A stretch of 63,616 nucleotides of DNA, counting the filler, from Octopus bimaculoides (Eukaryota), in NCBI RefSeq assembly GCF_001194135.2. It is 6 parts of 6 records of this genome, joined end to end, with 100 filler letters (N's around TTAATTAATTAA, not from the genome) between each part and the next. Parts side by side here need not be neighbours in the genome. Positions count along the whole stretch, not along the records: positions 18,479 to 30,106 come from NC_068984.1; positions 30,207 to 33,134 come from NW_026318480.1; positions 33,235 to 57,010 come from NC_068987.1; 3 more parts are not named here. One strand, written 5' to 3'. The position numbers were made by a program, and so were the translations under genes. The notes beneath the pieces were generated by a model, which made no database searches, had not been told where the DNA came from, and worked only from the letters and a program-made list of their open reading frames with translations. Below, one piece after another: positions 24,901 through 34,869 of the stretch (positions within the stretch are counted from its first letter, which is position 1; each line of letters starts with the position of its first letter).

Positions 24901-27900
24901 CTAAGTCTGGTAGAATTTATATCAGAAAATCCATTAGAAGATATGGAATTAACCAGAAGTGGAAGCATTATCAAAACAACTGAACCAGACAAAACTGATG
25001 ATAATCCTGGTGATGGTGAAAAATCCCACATGAAAAATGGTATAAATCCCACAAAAACTGAATCTGCTGAAGTCAAAGAAGAGACTTTATGTGCCAGTAC
25101 TGAACCCGGTGAATTTAAGGAAATAACAAAACTCCCCTCTGTTACAGATAAAGATGAAGCAAAATTAAAAGAAACCGCCAAAGATGATGAGCCAAAAATA
25201 TTTGAAAGTGCTGTTTCTATCACTGAAGAAAGTATAAAACCAACTCAACCTGTTCCTGCAAACATTGAAGAGGAAATGAAAGCAGCAGAGGTTAAAGAGA
25301 AAGTAAAGCCAGAAGAAATTGTATCTATAGATGCAGAGGTAGAGGTAAAACCGACAGAAGCTGTGATTATGGAGAAAGAATTAGACAAGATAACTCCAGA
25401 TATAAAAGAACTAAAATCTATGAAGATGGCTCCTATAGAGTTTCCAGAAGAAACATTGATTGATATTGCAGATGACGAGCTAAAACATGCAGAGATTGCA
25501 CCCATGGAAATTTCACTTGCAAAGGTTGAAGAAGTAAAACCAAAGGAAACTGCATTTACAGAGATCAAAGAAGTGACGCCTGCAGGAGTGGTAACCACAG
25601 AAGAAATACCAGCAGAAAATGTAGCCACAGTGATAAAAGAAGAAATAACAGCTTCAAAATTTGAAGCAGTGATGATTCCTGTAGAGACAGCACCTGAAGA
25701 AAGTTTAAAACCAATAGAGACAGGACCTTTAACTGCAGAAGTGGAAATAAAATCTGCAGAAATTTTAAAGACCTTGGCTAAAGATGATGTTGCAAGTGAA
25801 GAAGCTGCACCTACAATAGTTAAAGAGGAAACAGCTCAAGAACCAGCACTTGTAGAGGTCAAAGATGTTGACCTTATTGCATTTCAAGAGAAAGATGAAA
25901 TAGAACCAGCAGATACCAAACCTCCTGTGATCAAAGAAATGAAACCTGCGGATACTCTACCTATTGAAGTCAAAGAGGAATTAGAGTTTGTAGAGGCTCT
26001 GAAAACAACAAAACCTTTAGAAACCCTACCTGTGGAAGCCACTGTGGAAGTAAAACTGTCTAAAACTACTCCCATGGAAGAGCCAGATCAAATGAAACTT
26101 TTAGAAGGGGCAACTGTTGAAATGAAGCCTCCAGATTCTAGTATTATTCATGTTGAACCTGCTAGTGTAACATTGAGTGAAGGTGTGAAACTGACCGATG
26201 TTGCTGCTATAAAAGAAGATAGCTCTGAAGAGGTTATGTCTAGCAAAGCAAAAGAAGAAAAAAGTGGGTCTGAAATGATGGCTGATTCAGATGACAAGAG
26301 TACACTCTTGGTCACTGCACCTGAAGAACAAAGTAAAGCTGCACATGCAGAAGTTATTATTGAAAAGAAAACAATTGTGGAAGTTCAAAGCAAAGCAACT
26401 ACTGAAGATCCTTTGAAGGGTGCAGAAGAAATAGCTCTTGATAAAGAAATATCTCAAAGTGTTACTAAAGAGCAGACAGATGTATTGGATGCACCGTGTG
26501 AAGTTGCAGAGAAAGTAAGACCTGATACTGGTGATGAATCATTACCTGTTCAAGAGAATGTTATGCATAGTGAACATGAATCTATCACAACTGAACTTGC
26601 TAACAAGATAGATTTAGAAAAATCTGAGTTAGAAGATTTTATCCAAATGGGTCAACCTGAAAAATCACCAAGTTCTAGTTTAGCAGTTGTTAAAGAACCT
26701 GATTCTCATAGTTTAAGTGATCAAATTGACTCATCTATTAGCTTTCATAGTAAAGACATTGAGAAGGAAGCTGTAATTATTGAAGTACAGGATGAACATA
26801 AATCAAGTAGTATTGACTTAGTTACCGATGCTAATTTAAATGCCTTAGAGGCACTGAGTTTTGAAACTGTAGTTGAAAAGCCAGCTGATAATCTTTCAAA
26901 AGCTGATCTAAAAGAATCTGAGGCATCAAAAGATGCCTCTAAGACTGATGAAGTCGCAAAGAGGATAACTGAAGCTACAGTCTGTGAGGTTGTAGAGAAA
27001 GTACACCCATCTGACTCCGCAACAACTAAGATTGTAGAGAAAGTAAATCTGAGCAGTGCTGCAACAGCTGAGCTTGTAGAGGAAGGAGGAAAAGCTGACA
27101 CTACAACCTCTGATGTTGCAGAAGTAATCCAATCAGTTGTGACTGCCGAAAGTAAGTCTGATGGTAGTGAGGAAAAATACGAGGATAAGGACATGAAACA
27201 ACCATCGAAACATACACCTGAAACAGTGTCTTCTGAGCAAGAATTGGAGTCTACTAAAAATGTGTGTGGAATTTCACTGCAAGATGTTAAACCGTATGAA
27301 ACTGCAACTTCTGTTGTTGCAAAAGATCTAATAATGCCTGACAATTTAACCGATGATGTCAAACCATCAACCGAAACTGCACCCACAACTGATTGTGTAA
27401 AGAAGGATGATGATGCAGTCGATGCGTTTATTGCACCAGTAGCATCCATTCAAAATGAATCAATAGCAAGACAGTCAATGGAAGAAAGTCAGATTGACAA
27501 AACAACTATGGTGGAAAAATCAGATGCAGAAAAGCTAGAAGCTGATCTTCCAAGAAGTTCATTACAAGAGTTTGGCCAGGAATATGATGAGAAAGGTGAT
27601 GAAGTAGAATTAAGCAAAGATACTCACGCAAAAGTAAAGGATATGCAACAACCTGATGTGAATGTAGTTAGTATCAGTAAAGAAGGTGAAGATGTAGTAG
27701 ACTTATTAGATTCAGGGACTTCGTCTGAAGGGATTAGTAATATAGAAGGTACAGATGTAGCAATTGCAAAAATTGAAGCTAAAACAGTTGAAGAAGAAAC
27801 AAAACTATCAACAGAGATTAAATCAGAAGAAGTTCAGAAAGTTACAGTTGCAGAACCTGCAATAGAATTGGTGCAAGAAGAGACATCTGCTAAAATTGTT

Positions 27901-29272
27901 CCTGGAGATATTGAAGTGAAAGAATCACACAGAGAATATGAAGAAATAACATGTGGAAAAGAAGAGGAGATTATTAAACCAGCCGAGAGTACACCACCAT
28001 TGGCTAAAGATAGTGTGAAATCAGTAGAAAGTGTAATTTCAGCTACCACTGTATCAAGTGAGGTTGAACAAGAGAAATCTAAAGAAACTAAGTCGACATC
28101 TATTAAAGAAAAATTAACATCTACAGAGACTACAGACACCACAGTTGATGAAGAAACAGTAAAACCTGCAGAGGTTAAAAAAGAGGAAAAACCAGCTGAG
28201 ACTGCTCTCGCACTTGATAAAGATGAGATCAAAGCAGAGGAAACTTTGGTTGCATTAGTTAAGGAAGAAGTAAAACCAACAGAAATTGCACATTCACTGA
28301 TTAAAGAAGAGACAAAACCAGTTGAGACTGCACCGCCAGTGGCTAAAGAAGAGGTAGAAACTGAAGGAAAGGAGAGTGATAGCCATTTGGAAGAAGATTC
28401 ACAAGATATTGCTAGCATACCTCCAAGTACTTATCTTGAGAAGAGACTAAGTCTGGTAGAGTTTATGGCAGAAAGTCCATTGGAAGTAGTGGAAATAACT
28501 AGAAGGGGAAGCATCATTCAAACAAAGGAGCCAGTTGTTTCTGAGGTTACACAAATAAAGCAGATAGAGACAAAATCTGCAGAGCAAACAGCAATTGCAG
28601 AGCCTGCACCTACGTTAATTAAGGCGGATAAAAGTGCTCCAGAAATGACACCAGAAGTTATTCAAGACGACAACCAAACAACTCAAGAGGTTTCTGAAAA
28701 GAAACATGCAGAAGATCTAGAAGAGAAAACTGTGCATGCCATTGAAGATTTTGAAAAAGAATCTGTGGCAGCTCCCGAGGAGAATCCTGTGGGAGCTCCT
28801 GAAGAGAAAACTGTGGAGGCTCATGAGGTAAAACCTGTGGAGGCCCCAGAGGAAAAACCTGTGGTGACTATTGAGGAGAAACCTGTGGAGGCTCCTGAGG
28901 CAAAACTTGAGGAAGCTCCTGAGGTGAAACCTATGGAGGCTCTCGAGGCAAAACCTGTTGAGGCTCCTGATGCGAAACCAGTGGAGGCTCCTGAAGAGAA
29001 ACCTGTGGAGGCTCCTGAGGTGAAACCTGTGGAGGCTCTTGAAGAGAAACCTGTGGAGGCTCCTGAGGCAAAACCTGTGGAGGATCCTGAGGCAAAGCCT
29101 GTTGAGGCTCCTGAAGAGAAACCTGTGGAGGCTCCTGAGGTGAAACCTGTGGAGGCTCTTGAAGAGAAACCAGTGGAGGCTCTTGAAGAGAAACCTGTGG
29201 AGGCTCCTGAGGCAAAACCTGTGGAGGATCCTGAGGCAAAGCCTGTTGAGGCTCCTGAAGAGAAACCTGTGG
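21947..29272 (+). CDS. Giant internal coding exon (5' part) of a very large acidic low-complexity protein (PEVK/titin-, MAP1B/futsch-, giant-ankyrin- or gravin-like character; gene not identifiable)
   Basis: Stop-free frame for >7.3 kb in AT-rich DNA. Consistent E/K/P/V/T/S-rich translation with no Trp that I could find. Acceptor ...atcctctttcAG at 21945-21946 (phase 1, GAT=Asp). The ORF-track part upstream (21817-21946) is F/L-rich and intron-like. Runs into an N gap at 29273. Confidence 0.9.
23917..24185 (+). repeat. Copy 1 of internal cassette (KESD.HLEEDSQ...KRLSLVEFMAESP...RRGSII...EPAPTLIK)
   Basis: Aligns by eye with copy 3 over about 90 aa and with copy 2 over about 45 aa. Confidence 0.9.
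24520..24825 (+). repeat. 42-nt (14-aa) coding repeat, consensus about ETAPTVVKEEVKPA
   Basis: Translation ETMPTVIKEEVKPA/DTAPTVIKEEVKQV/ETTPTMVKEEVKQA/ETAPTVVKEEVKPA. Degenerate copies also near 28190-28360. Confidence 0.85.
24840..24975 (+). repeat. Copy 2 of internal cassette (DSQDIAS...KRLSLVEFISENP...RSGSII)
   Basis: Shorter, more diverged copy with the same 60-nt KRLS-to-RxGS spacing. Confidence 0.85.
28369..28630 (+). repeat. Copy 3 of internal cassette (KESDSHLEEDSQ...KRLSLVEFMAESP...RRGSII...EPAPTLIK)
   Basis: Direct peptide and nucleotide similarity to copy 1. Confidence 0.9.
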
Positions 29273-30106
29273 NNNNNNNNNNNNNNNNNNNNNNNNNNNN
29301 NNNNNNNNNNNNNNNNNNNNNNNNNNNNNNNNNNNNNNNNNNNNNNNNNNNNNNNNNNNNNNNNNNNNNNNNNNNNNNNNNNNNNNNNNNNNNNNNNNNN
29401 NNNNNNNNNNNNNNNNNNNNNNNNNNNNNNNNNNNNNNNNNNNNNNNNNNNNNNNNNNNNNNNNNNNNNNNNNNNNNNNNNNNNNNNNNNNNNNNNNNNN
29501 NNNNNNNNNNNNNNNTGAAGAGAAACTTGTTGAGGGTCCTGAAGAGAAGCCTGTGGAGGCTCCTGAGGCAAAACTTGAGGAAGCTCCTGAGGTGAAACCT
29601 GTGGAGGCTCCTGAAGAGAAACCAGTGGAGGCTCCTGAAGAGAAATCTGTAGAGGCTCCAGAGGTGAAACCTGTGGAGGCTCTTGAAGAGAAACCAGTGG
29701 AGGCTCCTGAAGAGAAACCTGTGGAGGCTCCTGAGGCAAAACTTGAGGAAGCTCCTGAGGTGAAACCTTCGGAGGCTCCTGAGGCAAAGCCTGTTGAGGC
29801 TCCTGAAGAGAAACCAGTGGAGGCTCCTGAAGAGAAACCTGTGGAGGCTCCTGAGGCAAAACTTGAGGAAGCTCCTGAGGTGAAACCTGTGGAGGCTCCT
29901 GAGGCAAAACCTGTGGAGGCTCCTGAGGCAAAGCCTGTTGAGGCTCCTGAAGAGAAACCTGTGGAGGCTACTGAGGTGAAACCTGTGGAGGCTCTTGAAG
30001 AGAAACTTGTTGAGGGTCCTGAAGAGAAGCCTGTGGAGGCTCCTGAGGCAAAACTTGAGGAAGCTCCTGAGGTGAAACCTGTGGAGGCTCTTGAAGAGAA
30101 ACTTGT
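28771..30106 (+). repeat. Coding minisatellite, 24-nt unit (about CCTGTGGAGGCTCCTGAAGAGAAA = PVEAPEEK) with higher-order structure
   Basis: Tandem units seen directly. A ~95-nt block at 29516 recurs at 29996 (offset 480 = 20 units). 5-6-unit blocks recur at 28993 and 29113. Confidence 0.95.
29516..30106 (+). CDS. Continuation of the giant exon after an N gap (VEAPEEKP array); 3' end lost in the next gap
   Basis: Same 24-nt repeat and peptide on both sides of the 243-N gap. The apparent frame change is explained by the estimated gap length. No stop or donor before the N run at 30107. Confidence 0.85.
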
Positions 30107-30206
30107 NNNNNNNNNNNNNNNNNNNNNNNNNNNNNNNNNNNNNNNNNNNNTTAATTAATTAANNNNNNNNNNNNNNNNNNNNNNNNNNNNNNNNNNNNNN
30201 NNNNNN
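30107..30206. other. Scaffolding linker 44N-TTAATTAATTAA-44N
   Basis: Same 100-bp structure; truncates the giant exon. Confidence 0.95.
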
Positions 30207-30456
30207 GGCAGAGGGTCGTCTAGAACCCTGCTGTATTCCTTCAACACGACTTTCTCTTACCTTTTCTTCCTGTTTCTGTTGTACCTGTATTTCAAAGGGC
30301 CAGCCTTGTTACACTCTGTGTTAGGCTGAATATCTCCCGAAAACTACGTTAAGGGTACACGTGTCTGTGGAATTCTCAGCCACTTGCACGTTAATTTCAC
30401 GAGCAGGCTGCTCCGTTGATTGGAACCCTCGTCGTTGTAACCGACGGAGTGCCACG
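30207..30456 (+). mobile_element. SINE family D copy, head lost in gap
   Basis: Reverse complement of the family D body and tail (...ccgacggagtgcca). Confidence 0.8.
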
Positions 30457-30688
30457 AGATGTATGTATGTATGTATGTATCATATGTATAAATGCATATA
30501 TCTACGTATTCATATGTGTGTGTGTGTGTGTCTGTGTGTTTGTGTGTGTATGTGTATGTGTGTGTATGAGCAAGACTGGCTTCTTTCAGTTGCTCAAGGT
30601 GCTACACAGTAGGACTGAACTTGGAAACATGTGGCTGGAATCCAATCTTACACAGTGATGCCTGCGCCCTATATTTACATATAGCTGT

Positions 30689-30737
<49 letters not shown>

Positions 30738-31047
30738 TATAGTAGTTCATTTATTTATTCTTGCTGAGAATAAACCCAAATACGAACGAAAAACGAAATC
30801 CCAACGACTTAGCAACGTTTAGTTGTCGTAGCAAACTTAGCGACCATTGCATATTACAGCCGCACCGACACACCATCGTTATCTTACTCTACCTTCGCAA
30901 CCTTAATCCCTCACAGCAATGTTTATCTACCTTAGTAACATTCATAACCGTTAGCAACCTTAACCATCGTTATGACAAAGAAATACAGTGAGTTGGTTCA
31001 ACCAGGGGAGAAACAACGGATGAAAGAAAATATGCTTTCTTCTAGAG

Positions 31048-31221
31048 CTATGCTCCGCAACCGATATGCTGCGGCAGCACACTGGTGCTAGGTGTGCCGC
31101 AGTGTAAAGTGAATGTAATTTCTTTCTCCTATACTTTTAGTTATATTCTTAGTTCAGGTGTGACGTCGAATTTTGAAAAGAATATAAGTGTGCCGCAAGT
31201 GAAAAAGGTAGAAGAGCACTG
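31048..31221. mobile_element. hAT-type MITE
   Basis: Degenerate TIRs ctatgctccgcaacc / ggtagaagagcactg. TSD ttctagag / atctaaag (6/8). Confidence 0.6.
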
Positions 31222-31254
31222 ATCTAAAGATAAGTTTTTAGGGTTTTTTTTTGC

Positions 31255-31560
31255 CTGCAGGGTCCACTCAATGCTCAGAAGTGTTGGACTTCTACTAAGG
31301 AGAGAGGAGATGCTGCCAGAAAATTGTTGGAAGCTACTGAGAAAGCAAGCCAGTACAATTGGCTCAAGAGAGAGGACGTGTAGTACAGTAAGAATAAGCA
31401 CTGTTGTTGGCAGAAACATCTGGCCCAGAGTTACAGCATTTGATTCAACCAAGTTCATGCTGTGGTGTAGGGGTTTTGTCGCCTACATCGGGAGGTGACC
31501 CGAGGCAACTCTGGTATAATGGTGGATGGAGCCGAAACCGCTACAGGGCTACTTTGCCTG
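31255..31560 (+). mobile_element. 3' end of Hero/RLE-type non-LTR retrotransposon
   Basis: HSMLRSVGL and ERGDAARKLLEATEKASQYNWLKREDV* resemble the ...EAAEKASQW.WLKR C-terminus of restriction-like-endonuclease LINEs. Confidence 0.55.
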
Positions 31561-31604
31561 GTACGAGATTGGGTACAGCAGCACCGACAACACGCAAGTG
31601 TGAA

Positions 31605-31935
31605 GGAGCATACCTCAGTGGTTACAGCGTCGGGTTTACAATCACAAGGTTGTGAGTTCGAGTCCTGCACCGGGCGATGTTTTGTACTTGAGCAAGACAC
31701 TTTGTTCCACGTTGCTCCAGTTCACTCAGCTGTAGAAACGAGTTACGACGTCACAGGTTCCAAACTGTATCGGCCCCTTTGCATTTCCCTTGGACAACAT
31801 TGGTAGCGTGGAGAAGGGGGACTGGTATGCATGGGCAAATGGTGGTCTTCTATAAAACGGCCTTGACCATAATTGTGCCTCGGAAGAGAGCTTTCTAGGT
31901 ACAACCCCCCCCCATGATCATTTGTGATCGAAGTG
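31605..31935 (+). mobile_element. tRNA-headed SINE, family E. Partial copies at about 32475-32620 and 44305-44480
   Basis: A box ctcagtggtt, B box gagttcgagtcc, and ttgagcaagacactt body motif. Confidence 0.7.
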
Positions 31936-32918
31936 GGTCTTTATATATATAATGTATACAATGTATGTATGTGTGTGTGTGTGTACGTATAAATATATAT
32001 TTATGTATATATGTATATATATATATACGTACACATATACATTCATACGTTTATATATGTTTTTATATTTACATACGCATATACTTACACATTCACAGAC
32101 ACGCGTACACACGCATANNNNNNNNNNNNNNNNNNNNNNNNNNNNNNNNNNNNNNNNNNNNNNNNNNNNNNNNNNNNNNNNNNNNNNNNNNNNNNNNNNN
32201 NNNNNNNNNNNNNNNNNNNNNNNNNNNNNNNNNNNNNNNNNNNNNNNNNNNNNNNNNNNNNNNNNNNNAGAACAAGGACGGGTCATTCGGAGTTTTCTTT
32301 CCTCAGTCGAGTTCCAGATTATCTTTGCAATTTCGGTTGGTTATACTCGAGATTGCTCCAATCTGGCCAGCCCCAAGGAAAAACTAAGCTAAGAGCATTA
32401 GATTCCTTGGAAGAAAGCAGCGAATGTATACAAAAAAACAAGGACGGAAAAAAAAACGGAGAATGTTACACCAATTCCCTTGGATAACATCGGTGGCGTG
32501 GAGAAGGGAGGCTGGTATAGATGGATGACTGCTGGTCTTCCATAAACAACCTTGCCTGGACTTGTGCTTCAGAGGGGATCTTCTAGGTGTGATCCTTTGG
32601 TCATTCCTGACAGAAAGGGGTCTTCATCCTTTACCATTGCTTTAGCAACCTCAACTCGCGGTACGTAGCTCTGAAATACCAACTGTGAGATATTATAGCA
32701 ATCGTTTTCTTCCTTCGTAAGAAGTTTATTGTAACATATGAAGGTTACAATAAACTATCGCACCAAGCCAACGAGGAATTGCTTCAAGGAACGAATATGG
32801 GCGGAAAGCTCCGAGTAGTGACGGAGTGCTTCGAGCAAACATATCGCTAAGTGCTTACATTTTTGCACCAAATGTGTACATGTATGTGTGTGGGTGCGTA
32901 AATATACAATATATATAC

Positions 32919-32960
<42 letters not shown>

Positions 32961-33092
32961 ACGTATACATATATATTTATCCATATATGTATATATATAC
33001 GTACACATATACATGCATATGTTTATATATGTGTTTATATTTACATACGCATATACTTACGCATTCACAAACACGCGTACACACGCATAATA

Positions 33093-33134
<42 letters not shown>

Positions 33135-33234
33135 NNNNNNNNNNNNNNNNNNNNNNNNNNNNNNNNNNNNNNNNNNNNTTAATTAATTAANNNNNNNNNN
33201 NNNNNNNNNNNNNNNNNNNNNNNNNNNNNNNNNN
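33135..33234. other. Scaffolding linker 44N-TTAATTAATTAA-44N
   Basis: Same 100-bp structure. Confidence 0.95.
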
Positions 33235-33757
33235 TCTCTTTCTCTAAAACAAAAAAAAAAAAAACATATCAGCTGTTAATTCAGTTGATAGAATCAAATG
33301 TAATCCCTTACCTCTTGAAAAAGATACACGTGTCTTATTCAGTGGTGACGGTGGTGGGAGGATATTTTAATGCGATGTTAGGATAACCTGGTATTTCTTT
33401 TCTGTTGATTTAACCATTGTTATTGTTGTGTAATTCTAAGGTTATGTTAATGTTTCATGCTTTGTTGGCATAACGTGGTGCTTCTGTAAATGTTTGAATA
33501 ACAAATTAGTTCTGTTAATGTTGTGGTTAGATGTATGTGGATGGATGGGGAGATTGCAGAGCATTATGTACTGTTGTTTAACCACAGGACAATTCTGATT
33601 GATCAAGCTTGTAATCAAAAACATTCCATCCATAACGGTCCTGTTTTTTTTTGTTTTCTTTCTAATTTATGGCTTGGATTACCTTATCAAATGTATATTT
33701 CTTTTATTCAATATGGTAAAATCAGATTTGATGGAGAATCAGCTGCTGTATCAAGAG

Positions 33758-33990
33758 CAGTGGTTTTCAACCATTTTTCGTCTATGGACTCCTTTGATTC
33801 TTATTTTACTCAAGTGGACCCTCATAACCATTTGATGTTTAAAAAATCCTATTAGATTTTTATAATTAAATATTATTAGGAATTGTAAGAAAATAATTGT
33901 TAGAATATTTTGTGTATTATAGAAGTATAACCAATTTGTTGGTGATGAATTCTAACAAAATCTTATATGGACCCCAGTTAAGAACCACTG
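33758..33990. mobile_element. hAT (Charlie-like) MITE
   Basis: TIRs cagtggttttcaac / gttaagaaccactg. TSD atcaagag / atctagag (7/8). Confidence 0.85.
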
Positions 33991-34012
33991 ATCTAGAGTC
34001 TCCTTGGTTGGC

Positions 34013-34050
<38 letters not shown>

Positions 34051-34184
34051 NNNNNNNNNNNNNNNNNNNNNNNNNNNNNNNNNNNNNNNNNNNNNNNNNN
34101 NNNNNNNNNNNNNNNNNNNNNNNNNNNNNNNNNNNNNNNNNNNNNNNNNNNNNNNNNNNNNNNNNNNNNNNNNNNNNNNNNNNN

Positions 34185-34449
34185 ATGGCCCTTGTGCGGG
34201 TGGCACATGAAATACACCATTTTGAGCGTGGCCGTTGCCAGTACCGCCTGACTGGCCTTCCTGCCGGTGGCACGTAAAAGCACCCACTACACGCTCGGAG
34301 TGGTTGGCGTTAGGAAGGGCATCCAGCTGTAGAAACTCTGCCAGATCAGATTGGAGCCTGGTGTAGCCATCTGGTTTCACCAGTCCTCAGTCAAATCGTC
34401 CAACCCATGCTAGCATGGAAAGCGGACGTTAAACGATGATGATGATGAT
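34185..34449 (+). mobile_element. RTE 3'-tail repeat (family A). Other copies at about 47095-47340, 49095-49288, 49550-49760(-), 53215-53465, 58730-58920 and 60675-60830
   Basis: Recurrent ggttggcgttaggaagggcatccagc...ccaacccatgctagcatggaaa...gttaaacgatgatgat with a (GAT)n tail. Confidence 0.8.
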
Positions 34450-34682
34450 ATATATATATATATATATACTGGTAGATCTATTTCTCTTTAATAGCATATA
34501 ATATGATTGCGTTAATCTTTATAGTAATTTTGGGATAGTGGGTGTTGTTGCTGCTTAGTGCTCTCACTAGGTTAACTCAATGATTCTATCAATATTTGGG
34601 ATCAAATTGAAAAACACCTTGAAAACAGCTTTGAAATTAAGTGGAATACCCTTGAGGTACCCTTTGGATAACTTCACATTAA

Positions 34683-34869
34683 CCCTTTAGCATTTAAACC
34701 GGCCATAGCCAGCTAAAATAATTTACCTCTTTTATTGTACAAACTGGCCTGCTCAAGCCTTTCACACCCACCTTGCAACGTCAGCTTAAAAATAAACAGT
34801 CATATCAAAATCTCAAAATAATCTGATTAAATAAGCATTATATTTCACAGTAATCTGAATGCTAAAGGG
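34683..34869. mobile_element. piggyBac-type MITE
   Basis: TTAA-ccctttagcatt ... aatgctaaaggg-TTAA. Confidence 0.8.

Noticed and set aside
23979-28418. Long minus-strand ORFs (414, 234, 194 aa etc.) as an overlapping antisense gene
   Set aside because: S/T/F/V-rich shadows of the GAA/AAA/ACA codon bias of the sense exon. No independent signal.
29516-29595. Apparent frameshift and stop ending the giant ORF (KRNLLRV…)
   Set aside because: Frame offset is caused by the estimated N-gap length. The correct frame continues VEAPEEKP.
28717-29931. Minus-strand PQEPPQV repeat ORF
   Set aside because: Automatic consequence of a stop-free 24-nt repeat on the opposite strand.
28771-30106. Regular 24-nt repeat as a CRISPR-like array
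   Set aside because: No unique spacers, in-frame coding, eukaryotic context.
21947-30106. Naming the gene as titin, futsch, Ank2 or AKAP12
   Set aside because: Only compositional resemblance. No diagnostic domain or flanking exon is visible in the window.
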